From positions 496,001 to 560,000 of the forward strand of contig AP026127.1 of assembly GCA_030295235.1 (NCBI GenBank): a stretch of DNA of 64,000 nucleotides, in the 5' to 3' direction. The notes under the pieces were generated by a model. That model was not told where the DNA came from. It did no database searches and saw only the letters and a list, made by a program, of their open reading frames with translations. Position 1 is the stretch's first letter, and each line of letters opens with the position of its first letter. Position numbers and translations under genes: made by a program. Shown here in pieces: positions 38,160-51,919 of this stretch. The DNA comes from Fistulifera solaris. Its lineage: Eukaryota.

Positions 38160-39338
38160 TCAATCTGCCACCACCTCGAGATTGCTTGCCGATTTGTGAG
38201 TTCTTGAACCTGAGCCATTGAAAGCGGCCTCGAGATCTGCTATTAATTCGCTCACTCGTTTATCTTTACGCTGACAAACATACACGTCGTTTTCCATTTT
38301 CGATTTGACTGATAGTCGAGATTCTGAGACTGATTCCCAGCTTGGTCGTTTCCTGTGCAAGTCAAACAAAGTCGAACTTCCTGTGACATACGAGTCGACC
38401 GGGGAGATGACAGATGCACCCTCCCTATTCGTCTCATCGTCTTGCCATTCCTCGTCCATGGAAGGTTGTCGAGTTTCACACTGCGGTGCTAGACCATGAA
38501 TAACGAGTGGACTTTTGTTCTCCTCAAAGGATGTGCGCAGATGTTCTGGTTCTTCAAAGTTAGGTTCAGGTCGATGTCGCTTTTGAACTTTCCGATCATT
38601 TCGGCGTCTACGGGGAGTTTTCATGCACACCAGGAGTAAACCAATCCCTTGTAAAGCCGCAGCTGCAATGCAGGCGTACGCCGACCAGCCCAGAGTGCAC
38701 ATTTCCGCTGTGGTGGGAGCCGATTCAGCTGCCGCCGGAAACCAGATAGGTTGTCTACAAAGCGCAACTTCAACGAAAAGAAACTTTGACCCTTCGCCAA
38801 TGAAGGCAAGTATGACACATGGAAGCAAAAGACTAGGCCACAGGCAGCCTGCTGGGAGTGGCAATACAACGATCGCCCAAGCGATAGCTGCAGCAAGAAG
38901 ACCGCTTAAATTCGCGATATGAGACATCATCCTGGCTGCCTTCCACGTTTGATCCATTTCGATGATTTGTTCCTCAAAAGTGTCCGAGTAATGATAACAA
39001 GAGTCATACACATGACTCAAATAATCGCTTCGCTGATCGGACGCCCCGGGTCGGTACTGGTAGAAGAAGCCCACTTCGAGATCACTTTCGTTCCATGCAT
39101 GGTTGCTGGGTGTAAAGCCAACATCCACTTCCAGAAAACGACAGTCCATCGATGAGTAAATTGAAACAAGGGAAGCAATTGTAACAATGGGAGCCACTAG
39201 TAAGGGATAGAACCCGTGCGTGCAGCAACACTGTCTCCCCATCATCCACGTTCGTCCACGCTGAGCCGGCAATGATTTGGGCCCGGATGTCATGTCTCGA
39301 TTGCTTGAAAATGAGGACGACTGATCGACGTCTTTCAT
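38160..39338 (-). CDS. Hypothetical ~4-TM membrane protein (claudin-like topology) with disordered tail
   Basis: Intact 392-aa ORF with four hydrophobic segments and Cys in the loops. No family confidently recognised. Confidence 0.6.
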   Translation of the reverse strand: MKDVDQSSSFSSNRDMTSGPKSLPAQRGRTWMMGRQCCCTHGFYPLLVAPIVTIASLVSIYSSMDCRFLEVDVGFTPSNHAWNESDLEVGFFYQYRPGASDQRSDYLSHVYDSCYHYSDTFEEQIIEMDQTWKAARMMSHIANLSGLLAAAIAWAIVVLPLPAGCLWPSLLLPCVILAFIGEGSKFLFVEVALCRQPIWFPAAAESAPTTAEMCTLGWSAYACIAAAALQGIGLLLVCMKTPRRRRNDRKVQKRHRPEPNFEEPEHLRTSFEENKSPLVIHGLAPQCETRQPSMDEEWQDDETNREGASVISPVDSYVTGSSTLFDLHRKRPSWESVSESRLSVKSKMENDVYVCQRKDKRVSELIADLEAAFNGSGSRTHKSASNLEVVAD

Positions 39339-39837
39339 CTTGGGTGAAAGGTTTTGTGATGCAGATCGCTATAATTGATAATATCGATCGACTCCGATAC
39401 TTTGAATGAAATTTGACGACGAGAAAATTCTCGAATAAGTTTGAACTGTGTTCTGTTTTTGTACTTAATATTCTCTATTACCGGAGCGTCGTCTGAATCT
39501 AAACATGAAACAATGGAATCATCAAGTGAATCGCCAAAACAGAGTACTCTATAAGCTAGACTATAAGCATAGAAAATAAATATGCGATTCCAGATTCCGT
39601 GGAGTGAGAATGGGCAAAGGTAAATCACGCAAAAAGCGACCATGGACACCAAGTTACAAAAAAAAAAAAACTTTGTACGGAGTAGTTAATTGCGAAGCAA
39701 CAAGCACAGATAATGCATAACCTTTTTATTAAATAGGATTACTTTGGACAACGATCACAATCAGAACTTGTTTAGCAAACCGATGAAAGATACGTAGTGG
39801 CGTATATGAGCAACGAACTTGGGGTGAATTGAAAGCC

Positions 39838-41784
39838 ATGAACCGACGCGTCGCCTCAACAAGGGTCTTTTTTCTTCAAGGGAGCGATCAGAAGCGGCAC
39901 AAATTTTGCTTTTCGAGGGACCCAGATGGCATCAGTTTCCTGCACTCAATCTTCTGTGAGCTTACGAGGAGTGGTTAGGCCGTTTGGTGCAATCACGTCG
40001 ACGAACTATGGAATTCCTGCAGTTTCTTCTTCAGACAGAAATAATAAAGGGCAAACAATAACGCCAATACAGCTAACTGATTTGGTTTCCGCGAGGACAG
40101 CAGATGAAGCTGTCACAATACTATCGAGGTGGCTGGAGGTTGTAAAGTATGGTGCTCTAAATCCTGATTATGTGAAAAAGAATTCCATTTTATCGCCGCT
40201 CGAAGTCATCGAGTTTCTACAGTCCGATCAAATATCATTTCAGCCCGAACCGCGAATCTACTCATTATTGATTCAAGGAGCGTTATGGAAGCGCTGGGAA
40301 AAAGAATACCCACCGAAAAAGTGCGCCAAGCTACTGGATCAATTTCTGAAAGCGTTGATGAAAGAAGTGACGAACATCGATGACAAAACGTCACTCTTGA
40401 AACTAGTTCACACAGTCATGACTAGCTTGGTGCAGGCAAAGAACATTTCGCGAGCAGAGGAGTGGCTGAAAGCGTTAGAGGAACCACAAAGCGTGATTCG
40501 ACCAAAAAGTCTCACCTATAGTATTGTGATCAATGCTTGGTCGCGAAATCAGGTGCCCCAACGAGCGGAGGCCACTCTATACCGAATGATATCACGGAAA
40601 CAGACGGATACCGCTCTAACTATTACCAAAAGCTACTTTCATCGTTGCTTGGATGCCTGGGTACATTCCAAAGACAAAATGGCCGGCGAGAGAGCAGAGG
40701 TTCTTCTGTTAAAGATGCAAGACGAGAACAACGAAAGAGGGCTGGAAGGTGGTGGGCCGTGTATACAGAGCTGGTTTAAAGTTGTTTGTGCCTGGACGAA
40801 CAGTAACAAGTCACAAAGAGATGCAGCACCACGAGCTGAAAGAATTCTGGAACTGATCCTTCAGAATGAGGAGTTTGACTGGAGTCATAGAGAGGATGCA
40901 AAGTGGATTGTTGAAACGTATCTGCAAGTGATGAGAGCGTGGTCGTTTCATGGAGGCAACGTTGGTTTTGATAGAGTTGGAGCCTTAGTCGAAGAGTTAT
41001 TCAATAGGCTCAAAACAGAGGACAACGTACCCAATCTCACGGAGAACGTCGCAAATCGGATTTTTCTGCATTGGGTGACTTCTCTGGTGAAGTCTGATTT
41101 CGACGATCTTGCCAATCAACTGAAAATAATTTTTCGAGCAATAGCAGATCGCAATATGAATGTAGACTGGAATACTGCCAATTTCAATCTGGTCTTGAAC
41201 GTTTACGCGAAAGCACGAGATGGCCCAGAAACGGAGAACATATTAAAGAAAATGCTTCAACTTGCTTTGGATGGAAAAGATGATTGCCTCCCGAACACAC
41301 AGAGTTTCAACTCAGTAATACTTGCTTGGAGTAAATCTGATGATCGGACTTTGGCTTGTGCTCGTGCGGAAGAAATATTTATTTTGATGAAACGCGTTGA
41401 AGGTGTCACACCCAATGTTGCAACGTACAATGCTTTGTTATCGGCGATGGGTGGGTCAGGGGACCTGGAAACCGCCACGCGGGGAGATAGATACTTCAAA
41501 GAACTCAAACGCACGTACGAAGACACAAAAATCCTTCTTTTCGACCGAACAACATCACTTACACAAAAGCTATTTCATTGTGGTCCAATATTACCAGCCT
41601 TGCAGCCTTAAAGCGTTCCGATGCTTTACTTCAAGAGATGCTTGCTCAAGAAACGATAGATGATGACTTGAGGCCCACTATTGCAACATACAAAGCCTTC
41701 CAGTCAGTTCTGGCGAGCAGCGACGCGCAAGACAAACATAAAAGGATACAAGAGGTACAAGAAGCCATGAAAAAATTACGCTAG
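39838..41784 (+). CDS. Pentatricopeptide-repeat (PPR) protein, probably organellar
   Basis: Repeats such as PKSLTYSIVINAWSR...RAE..L..M, PNTQSFNSVILAWSKS, PNVATYNALL, RPTIATY. Start and C-terminus are affected by frameshifts. Confidence 0.85.
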
Positions 41785-41854
41785 CGTTCTCAGATGCTTT
41801 CAGACCTTTATAGACCGTGTAATTGAAAATTGTAGTTATAGAATTCTGCTGGCA

Positions 41855-43846
41855 TTACTGCGTCAATCGATTGACATTGTTCTCCATAATGTTGGCGAGT
41901 TCCTTCAAGAACAGGGCAGCATCCGATCCGTAAATTTGACGGTGGTCACAAGTGAGAGTAACCGTCATTTGCTTGACTTTCTTCATGCCCAGCACTGCTT
42001 GTTTGCATGGAACAATCACTTCACGTGTGGCTCCGATGGCCAAGATACCACCAGTTCCGTTGGGCAAAATTGAACCAAACTGGGTGACACCGAACATTCC
42101 CATGTTCGAAATGGAGAAGGTTCCAGATTGGTATTCGTCAGGCTTCAATCCACCTTTTCGTGCCTTCTCAACCAACTCTTTCCAGTTCTCCGCCAAGTCT
42201 TCTACACTACGCTCGTTCGCGAATTTCAGGCAAGGTGTGATAAGGCCGCCTTCGATGGCAACAGCCATGGCAATGTTGATATCCTTCTTGTATACAATAG
42301 TTCCGCCGTTTTCAGGGGAGAAGGAACTGTTGATGATAGGGTACTTTTCAATGGCAAGAGCAACTGCCTTGGCAAGAAGAGCGGATACGCTGATACCCTT
42401 ACCCTTGACATTCTGGTAAAGCGCGTCAAAGTTATCCATTTCGATATCACGTGATACTTGGAAGCCAGGAGTATTCATAGTCGCCATCATGTTGTTGCTG
42501 ACGGCCTTTTGCATGCCGGTCATGGCGACCGGTCCGGAAGGCATCTCCACTGCAGCAGCACCCGGTCGCACAACCTTTTTACGCTCCGGCTCTTTCTGTC
42601 CCGTCGCAATGAGTACATCATCCGCCGTGACGCGACCAAATTCGCCCGTTCCCTTGATCGTCGCCAAATCCAACTTGGCCTTCTTGGCCAAGGCCCGCGC
42701 CGTCGGTGTGGCCGCAACGACACCGGCCGCCGGGGTCCACGAGGGCTTGGTGGAAGCCGCAGCCGCAGGCTTCTTGACCTTGGCCTCACCCGACGCCACA
42801 GCTTCGACATCTGCCGCCGTGATACGGCCTTCCGGTCCCGTACCCGTCACTAGCGAAATATCGACACCCAGTTCCTTGGCACGGTTGCGGGCCAAGGGCG
42901 ACGTAAAGAGACGCTCCCCGTCCGCTTTGGCCGGATTAGCGACAGCTGGTGCGGCTTTGGGAGCAGCGGCGGCGGCCACTGGTGCAGCTGCAGCGGGCGC
43001 CGCGGCGGCGGCCGGCGGAGCGGCTCCGGAAAGAGTCGCAGCATAAGCCTGCAGAGCAGGAATGTCGCTCTCATTTTCCGCAATCAAAGCTACCGGGGCT
43101 CCGACGGCACCACTTTCACCTTCCTTCGTGATGATAGCAGCCAAGAAACCATCTTCAAATGCTTCAACATCCATATCAGCTTTATCGGATTCGACGACCA
43201 TGATGGCTTCTCCGGCCGAAATAGCATCGCCTTCTGATTTGAGCCATGACACCACTTTGCCTTCCTTCATGGTGGAAGACAAGGCGGGCATATCAATCTT
43301 GCTAAAAGGGACCTCGGGGGCTGTAAAGCAGATGCGTGAGAAAGGTCATCGCCTAATAATCAGATATTCCTTGTGTCAACAACACTTACCAGCAGCAGCA
43401 GTCGTTGCCGGAGCCGCCGCGGGAGGAGCCGCCGCCGAAGTCGCATCTCCACCACTTCCACCGGCATTGAATTCGGCCAATACAGCTTCTACTTCACTCG
43501 AATCGGCCGCAATCAACGCCACAGCTTCACCCACTGGAGCCATTTCACCCTCTTGTACGATAATTTTGGCAATGATTCCGTCCTCAAACGCTTCGACATC
43601 CATATCGGCCTTATCGGATTCGACCACCATAATGGCTTCACCCGCTTCAATTTCGTCTCCTTCATTCTTGAGCCACGAAACGACTTTTCCTTCTTTCATG
43701 GTCGACGACAACGCCGGCATGGTAATCTTGGTGCCCGCATACAATTGCGTGAATTTGACTCGCGAATGAAGCGGGGCCGCCGGGGCAAAGGCCTCACTGC
43801 TCGATAACAGAGCCAATGCGGCTACCGATGCTGTTAAGAATTTCAT
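41855..43846 (-). CDS. Plastid pyruvate dehydrogenase E2 (dihydrolipoamide acetyltransferase)
   Basis: Presequence ...SSEAFAP, two lipoyl domains (VESDKADM), two E3-binding domains, catalytic TFSISN.GMFG and CDHR. Intron at ~43323-43389. Confidence 0.95.
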
Positions 43847-44249
43847 GTTGTTGCCTATTTATTTGAGTATATTAGATGCAATGGTCTTTGGGTGCGTCTC
43901 CTGAAATACTCGAATGCTCGACGTCTGCTGCACAATTTTGATTTCGTCGATGTTTTCCTTCACATCATTCGTTTGCCATCAACGTCACTGACGTACGGTT
44001 CCAACGGGACAAACTCAGTCACGAACGTGAAGAGGACATTCTTGCATTCTTGCATTTTGATTGGCTCTCTATGGCGCACCGCGCTCGAAAACGTCACAAC
44101 GAGAAACATCCGTTGCCGACCGACATGCCGACGACAATGATGTCGCACAGTTGCGTCTCGAAAAACCGCATCGAGAAAACGAGACGATCCACCATCTCAA
44201 TCGCTATTATTACCCAACATCACATCCACAACAACCAATACAAAACATC
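43847..44249. promoter_or_regulatory. Bidirectional promoter between PDH-E2 and FabZ with TGACGT-type motifs
   Basis: Divergent ATGs ~400 bp apart. ACGTCA-C-TGACGT inverted pair at 43982-43994 and ACGTCA at ~44091. Confidence 0.5.
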
Positions 44250-44897
44250 ATGAAATTGTTCTTAAGCTTACTCTTTACGGCCTCTTCGGCCATGGCTTTT
44301 ATGCCCCGAATGACATCCTTGTCCTCATCGTCGTCGACACAACTCGCCGAGTCGTTTACGGGTGCCAAAGATATCTCCGCTCTCACCAAAGATTTGAAAA
44401 CTGTCTTTACGACCGAACAAATTGATGAAATCTTACCGCATCGTTACCCATTTGCGTTAGTCGACAAAGTCATTGAATATGAAGCCGGAAAGCGAGCCGT
44501 GGGAGTCAAGTGTGTCACTAAGGTCCGTAGGTAAAAACCCTGTCCTTTCGTTTGCGCGTGTCACTCACAATTCCTTTTACAGAACGAAGAATTCTTCAAT
44601 GGCCATTTCCCCAGTCGTCCCATCATGCCGGGTGTCATGCAAGTCGAAGCATTGGCCCAATTGGCCGGCATTGTTTGTCTCCAAATGGAAGGTGCCGCCC
44701 CCGGTGCCGTCTTCTTTTGCCGGTGTCGATGGTGTCAAATGGAAGAAACCCGTCGTTCCTGGAGATACATTGGTCATGGAAGTCGAAATCAAAAATGGAA
44801 TGCCAAATTCGGTCTTGCCAAAGCGACCGGGAAAGCCTATGTCGATGGTGGTCTCGTCGTGGAAGTCGATGAAATGACCTTTGCCTTGGCCAAGTAA
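44250..44897 (+). CDS. fabZ: Plastid 3-hydroxyacyl-ACP dehydratase
   Basis: Presequence ...[48 protein letters not shown]. Intron 44523-44582; two homopolymer frameshifts. Confidence 0.94.
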
Positions 44898-45149
44898 GAA
44901 CAGTAGAACCAACAGAATCGCGCTTCGAACGATCGATTGCTTCGAGTCGCGCCGCTAGTCAAATACAACTACAACTAAACTTATTATAGTTTCGCTGCGA
45001 CTTCGTCTCTTTCTTCTGCAACGAGCTTCGTTCGTAAATTTTCTATCATTTCGTGTTTGGCAACAAAACTCTTTGTGTATTAACTTCACAATAGAAAGAG
45101 CGACAAGAAATACGAAATACTATCTATTAATTCTTTTGATCATAATCGT

Positions 45150-46951
<1,802 letters not shown>

Positions 46952-47444
46952 GGTTGTTGTTTGCTTCTATGAAAGTCTGCTGGAACGATTTGTTGTGTCG
47001 GTGAATGACAGAAACGATTGCGACGAGTTGTTGGAAGGAGAAGAATTATTGCGTGACGACGACTTGCGCTTGAAAAACATCGGAGCGCCACGAATTTTGA
47101 ATGATCGGCAACCGCTCGTCGTAATGTCTGTCCGTGATGCGTCTATCGGATCCATCACCACGTTGCACGTTGCACGTTGCACTTGCAGGAAAGGATTTCG
47201 GAATTTTACACTTGATGTTCGTACCGGTAATCAGGCGGTACTTGTATTTAGGATCTCAGTCCTGCAGTCCGCAGTCGACAGTCGACAGGCCAGCCTCTGC
47301 GACACGAGAAACGAGAAACGAGAAACATCCACGTGTGAAAAAATGCTCGGAAGTCGGAAGACAAACGTCAACCAAACTTTTCAATTCTCACAATGCATTT
47401 GCCTTCATTTCATCAACAAAATAACTTATTCACAACAATCAAAT

Positions 47445-48269
47445 ATGAAAAAGCCCAAAGCCCGTACCCACCCGAGCTTCTCGGCACAGCGGGGACTACT
47501 TCTTTCCATGCTCGTACTTTCTTCCGTTTCCGCTCGCGACTTGAAAAGTACGGTCCCTGGAACATGCCTTCGTCGGTTGTATCACAAGGTCACTCGTTCT
47601 TGAGCGAATGCGAGTCCCTCGCTGCTTTCTTCTGGAAGGTGAGAGGAGGTGCGAATCAGGATTACTACTACGACGATCGAGGCCGATATTATGACGATGA
47701 CGAACCAGACGAGTATTATGATGATTACAAGAAGAGAAGCAATCAACGTCGGAAAGGACCCGCATTTTTATCGAATATGCCCTCCGTCATCAAAAATGGT
47801 GATCGACGGATTGGTTTCGGTTTGTTAGGTCGGGCAGCATCATCACGATGCTGGGGATTAGTCTCTTTTCAATAAGACATTGATGCGATTGGGGAATCTA
47901 CTCTTCATTGCCGGAGTCCCCATGACGCTCGGTCCCAGTCGCACACTGGGCTATTTTGTGAAACCGGAAAAATTCCGAGCCACCGGTTGTCTCGCACTGG
48001 GGATCTTTCTTGTCTTTATTGGGATGCCCGTTTTTGGAATCATCTTGGAAGCCTTTGGAATACTGAATCTCTTTGGTAATTTGTTCCCTTTTGTGTGGGC
48101 GGTGGCGAAGAATATGCCGGGGATCGGTCCTTTACTCAGCGGAGGTAACAACCGGAAACGTCGCGAGCCAAAGAGAGACGAGTACTCGTATGAAGATGAT
48201 TATGGTCGCGATGAAGACCCTTATTACGGGGATAGGCGGCCACCATCACGCGATAGCCGTTACTATTAG
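47445..48269 (+). CDS. GOT1: Got1-family vesicle transport protein with N- and C-terminal extensions
   Basis: LGNLLFIAGV...G...T..YF, K.RAT, GI.LV..G.P..G..LE.FG..NLFG.LFP. The 5' part is frameshifted. Confidence 0.8.
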
Positions 48270-48476
48270 GAAGATTACTCCGAGAGAAATACACGCTAGA
48301 AAGCTTTTCTTTTTGCTGTTTCGTCAATGACCTGTACGACATTATTGTTTGGTGTATCCACACCAGCGAGTGCTTTCAAATCCTAGCTTTGCCAGAAAAC
48401 CAAAGAATTCTAGACAAGGTGTTTAGATCAAACACAAAAAACTGGATAGACCTAGTTTTCAAATTTGGAGAAGGGG

Positions 48477-48790
48477 GAGCGCTACGTTAAATCTACGTAG
48501 ACATTCGGGCGTTGCATCTTCCATGCATTTTACGTATTGCACTCAATTCGATATCGATAATCGTTCAGAGGCACGAAATACGAATGTCGGTGAAAGCGAT
48601 GACGGAATTATTGTACAAAAGACCAAAAAAATGATGTCATCAAAATTACTCGATATCCCGGTTGCCCTCTGGCGATAAAATTCCATACGAGCGCTACGTG
48701 GAAGCTACGTAGGCATTCGAAGCGCTACATCTTTCGTGTATTTTACGTATTGCAGTCGACTCGATGTCGATAATCGTTTATAAGCACAAA
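48477..48790. repeat. Imperfect ~100-bp direct repeat, 212-bp period
   Basis: GAGCGCTACGT...CTACGTAG.CATTCG...ATTTTACGTATTGCA...TCGAT.TCGATAATCGTT at 48477 and 48689. Confidence 0.85.
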
Positions 48791-48839
48791 GGTGAATGCG
48801 TTGGTTGCCTTATAAAAAACCCCATTACGCCGTCAGTGA

Positions 48840-49330
48840 CATTTTCTGGATACGTGGTAACACCTGGTCCAGAATTTCTGGACCAAGCAAACAGAATTTC
48901 TGTACGACGTGATCGCTGTTTCCAGATTTTCTGGAGTTACTTTGAAACGCCGAAAAACACCGTCTCCTGATTTTCTGACAGCCGTACAGCCTTTCTGTAA
49001 AAGTTACCCTACGCATTGTATTTAGATTTTCTGGAACCAGCACCGAACCTCTGTGAGTGTGAGATGAAAACACTTGGTCCAGAATTTCTGGACCAATCGA
49101 ACAGAATTTCTGTATGACGTGATCGCTGTTTCCAGATTTTCTATTTTCTGGAAGACATACAGCATTTCTGTAACAGGTACCGGTACCGGTATGATCTATG
49201 GACACCTTGTCCAGATTCCAGATTTTCTGGATCCAGCACAGAAACTCGGAAAACACCTGGGCCAGAATTTCTGGACCAATCAAACAGAATTTCTGTAGGA
49301 CGTGATCGCTGTTTCCAGATTTTCTTGTAG
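48840..49330. repeat. Higher-order repeat built on the CCAGAATTTCTGG palindrome
   Basis: A ~70-bp block CAC.TGG.CCAGAATTTCTGGACCAA..AACAGAATTTCTGTA.GACGTGATCGCTGTTTCCAGATTTTCT at 48861, 49071 and 49254. Confidence 0.9.
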
Positions 49331-49535
49331 TGAGTGACCTCCGACTAGATTTCAGTCATTAGTCGCGAACGACAAACGGAGGAATTTTTAACCACGAATT
49401 TTTTATTTGTTATCGACGACAGGAGAAACTCATGTTATTATTGTTGTTGTTCGGCTTATACCTTCACTCTTTCGACCACGAAACTATTTAGCTCTACAAA
49501 TTAATTTAAACGAGGCGTTTTGATACACGTTAAAA

Positions 49536-51262
49536 ATGGAACCCCGTCGACCGAAACGAACACGAAAGCCCCCGAGTCCAAACTCGGTGCTCGATCGCCG
49601 GGCGTTTGTGAAAGCTCTGGATGATCGAGGCCTCGTGGTTAAGGCCGTGCACATTGATGCATTCTATCAAGCGCTGCATCGACAGCATTATCCCGACCTA
49701 CCCGAATTTGTCGATCGCTATTATCAGCACGAAGAAGAAGCGAGTGAGAAACAGAAATCATCGGTGCCGGTGGCTCCTTTGAAAAACAGAATTTCCGGAA
49801 AGAAAAACAAGAATCGCGTGCAATTGCCACAAAAGTTTTTGGAGTTTGTGGAAGATCCCAACAATGGATTTGTTACCGTTACTTCGACAGTGGCGTTGCA
49901 AAAACGTCGGGCGATCAAACGACGACGAAATTGGCCGTTCGATTGCACGATGGGCAACTCGTCGAATCTGTACTGATGCGTTATGTGAATCAGGAAGGCA
50001 GTCGAGCGAGTTTGTGTGTTAGCTCGCAGTGTGGATGCGCCATGGGATGTGTAAGTTTCTTAAATTATGGTAGTGCTCTCTAAGGTCTGGCTTTGTCATC
50101 TCATCTATGTTCATAATCTGTTCTTTCATTCAGACCTTTTGTGCTACAGGAACAATGGGTGTAAGTACTATTCAGTACGAATCGTGTATTAAGTAGATTG
50201 CAGGATTCATAAACTCACATTTTTAAAAACAGTTATCCGGAAACTTGACGACGGGCGAAATATTGGAGCAGGTCGTTCATGCGGACCGCATTTTGGCAAA
50301 AGAGTGGCAGGAACGCCAAAAAGAAAACGTGCAATCCAACAGCAGCAAGAATGAGTTGAAACTAGATCTGGTACGCAACATTGTTTTCATGGGGATGGGA
50401 GAACCATTGGACAACTACACGAACGTGGTGGAAGCTTGCCGGGCGCTCATTGATCGAAAAAGATGGAATCTGGCCCATGGGCGTGTCACCGTGTCCACCG
50501 TTGGTTTGGTGAAACAAATTCGTCGTTTGACGGAAGAGTTGCCCGAGATATCGCTTGCCTTGTCACTCCATGCCCCCAACCAGGAAATGCGCAGTGCCAT
50601 TGTACCCACGGCCAAGAACTTTTACATTAACGATTTGATTGACGCGCTCGATGGTCATATGATGGCATATTTGAAAAAGCGACTTCCTGCCGGAACGGTG
50701 TTTTTCTGCGGAGCAGCGTATTCAGGAAAGTTCTCGTCGTCGAGCCATGATCGAGTACGTCATGCTGGAAGGTGATACAAGTTCGCTGGAATGCGCACAT
50801 CAGTTGGGAAAGCTGTGTGAAAATCGACATTTAGTAGTCAATTTGATCCCATACAATCAGACTGATGTCAAGGATAAATTGCGATGTCCCTCGCCAGAAC
50901 ATATTGAATCGTTTCGCCGAATTGTGAGTTCGTACGGCGCGTTCTGTACCGTTCGCAGGACTATGGGAGCCGACATTGACAGTGCGTGTGGGCAGCTCAT
51001 TACATTGGAGAGGGGCGAGAAAGGCAAACTTCGTGACATCGAAGATACAGTAAATCAGAACACGGGTAATCCCAAGCAAGCGGCGAATAGATCAAACATT
51101 CGAAAAAGTATGATACCTCAGAAAACCGAACCTCGTGAAAAGGCGTTCAAGACATTTGACTGGGATCCTTGGTTGGGGCACCTTGCAGCAGCTACTGGCA
51201 TTGCTGCGTCTTGCTTTTTCATCTCGACTTATCTGTTGTTGAGAAACCGAAATAATAAATGA
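49536..51262 (+). CDS. RlmN/Cfr-family radical SAM RNA methyltransferase with C-terminal hydrophobic tail
   Basis: ESVLM, CVSSQ.GCAMGC|TFC (CxxxCxxC across introns 50051-50133 and 50161-50232), [43 protein letters not shown]. Confidence 0.92.
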
Positions 51263-51429
51263 ACCATGTAGTCTAGAGTGAAATTAACCATATTTGACGT
51301 GTCCGTATAATCACCATTCTCCATGCGTTGTACCTGCGTAATAAGCTTTAATCGCCATCATTTTTAGCACCACTTAAAATGCACTCTTCGATGATTTTCA
51401 ATAAAAATATCAAGCTTCGTTCTCTTCTG

Positions 51430-51740
51430 GAAAAAATTTAAAAGTGTGCGTTGAAATACAACATCTCCACATTTTCTGGATGCCAGTACTTTGTCAAAAA
51501 TCACACTCCCACATTTTCTGGACACGTGAAATATCACTCTCCCACATTTTCTAGACACGTGAAAATATCACACTCCCACATTTTCTGGAGATGTGAAAAT
51601 ATCACACCCCCACATTTTCTGGAGACGTTTTCTGGAGAGGTCAAAAATCACGCTCCCACATTTTGACCAACGAAAATACCACACTCCCAGATTTCCTGGA
51701 AACTTGAAAATACAATTGGTCCAGTTTTTCTGGACCAATA
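51430..51740. repeat. ~33-34-bp minisatellite related to the CCAGAATTTCTGG family
   Basis: CACTCCCACATTTTCTGGA-like units with cores at 51510, 51543, 51577 and 51611. Ends with AAATACAATTGGTCCAG.TTTTCTGGACC, as in the 36.6-38 kb array. Confidence 0.88.
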
Positions 51741-51919
51741 CTTGAAGAAACTTTCGGTGCATTTCTCACTTGTTTCTTTTGTCGTTGTCGTTTAAATTCG
51801 ACAGCCACACGAACAAAGTCTTGTGGATAAAAAGCTCGGTACAATTTCCAACGAAAGTGTACATGTTGAGGGAATGAGTCTCACGCCTTTTGAAACGTTG
51901 TTTGAAATATGCTGATGCA

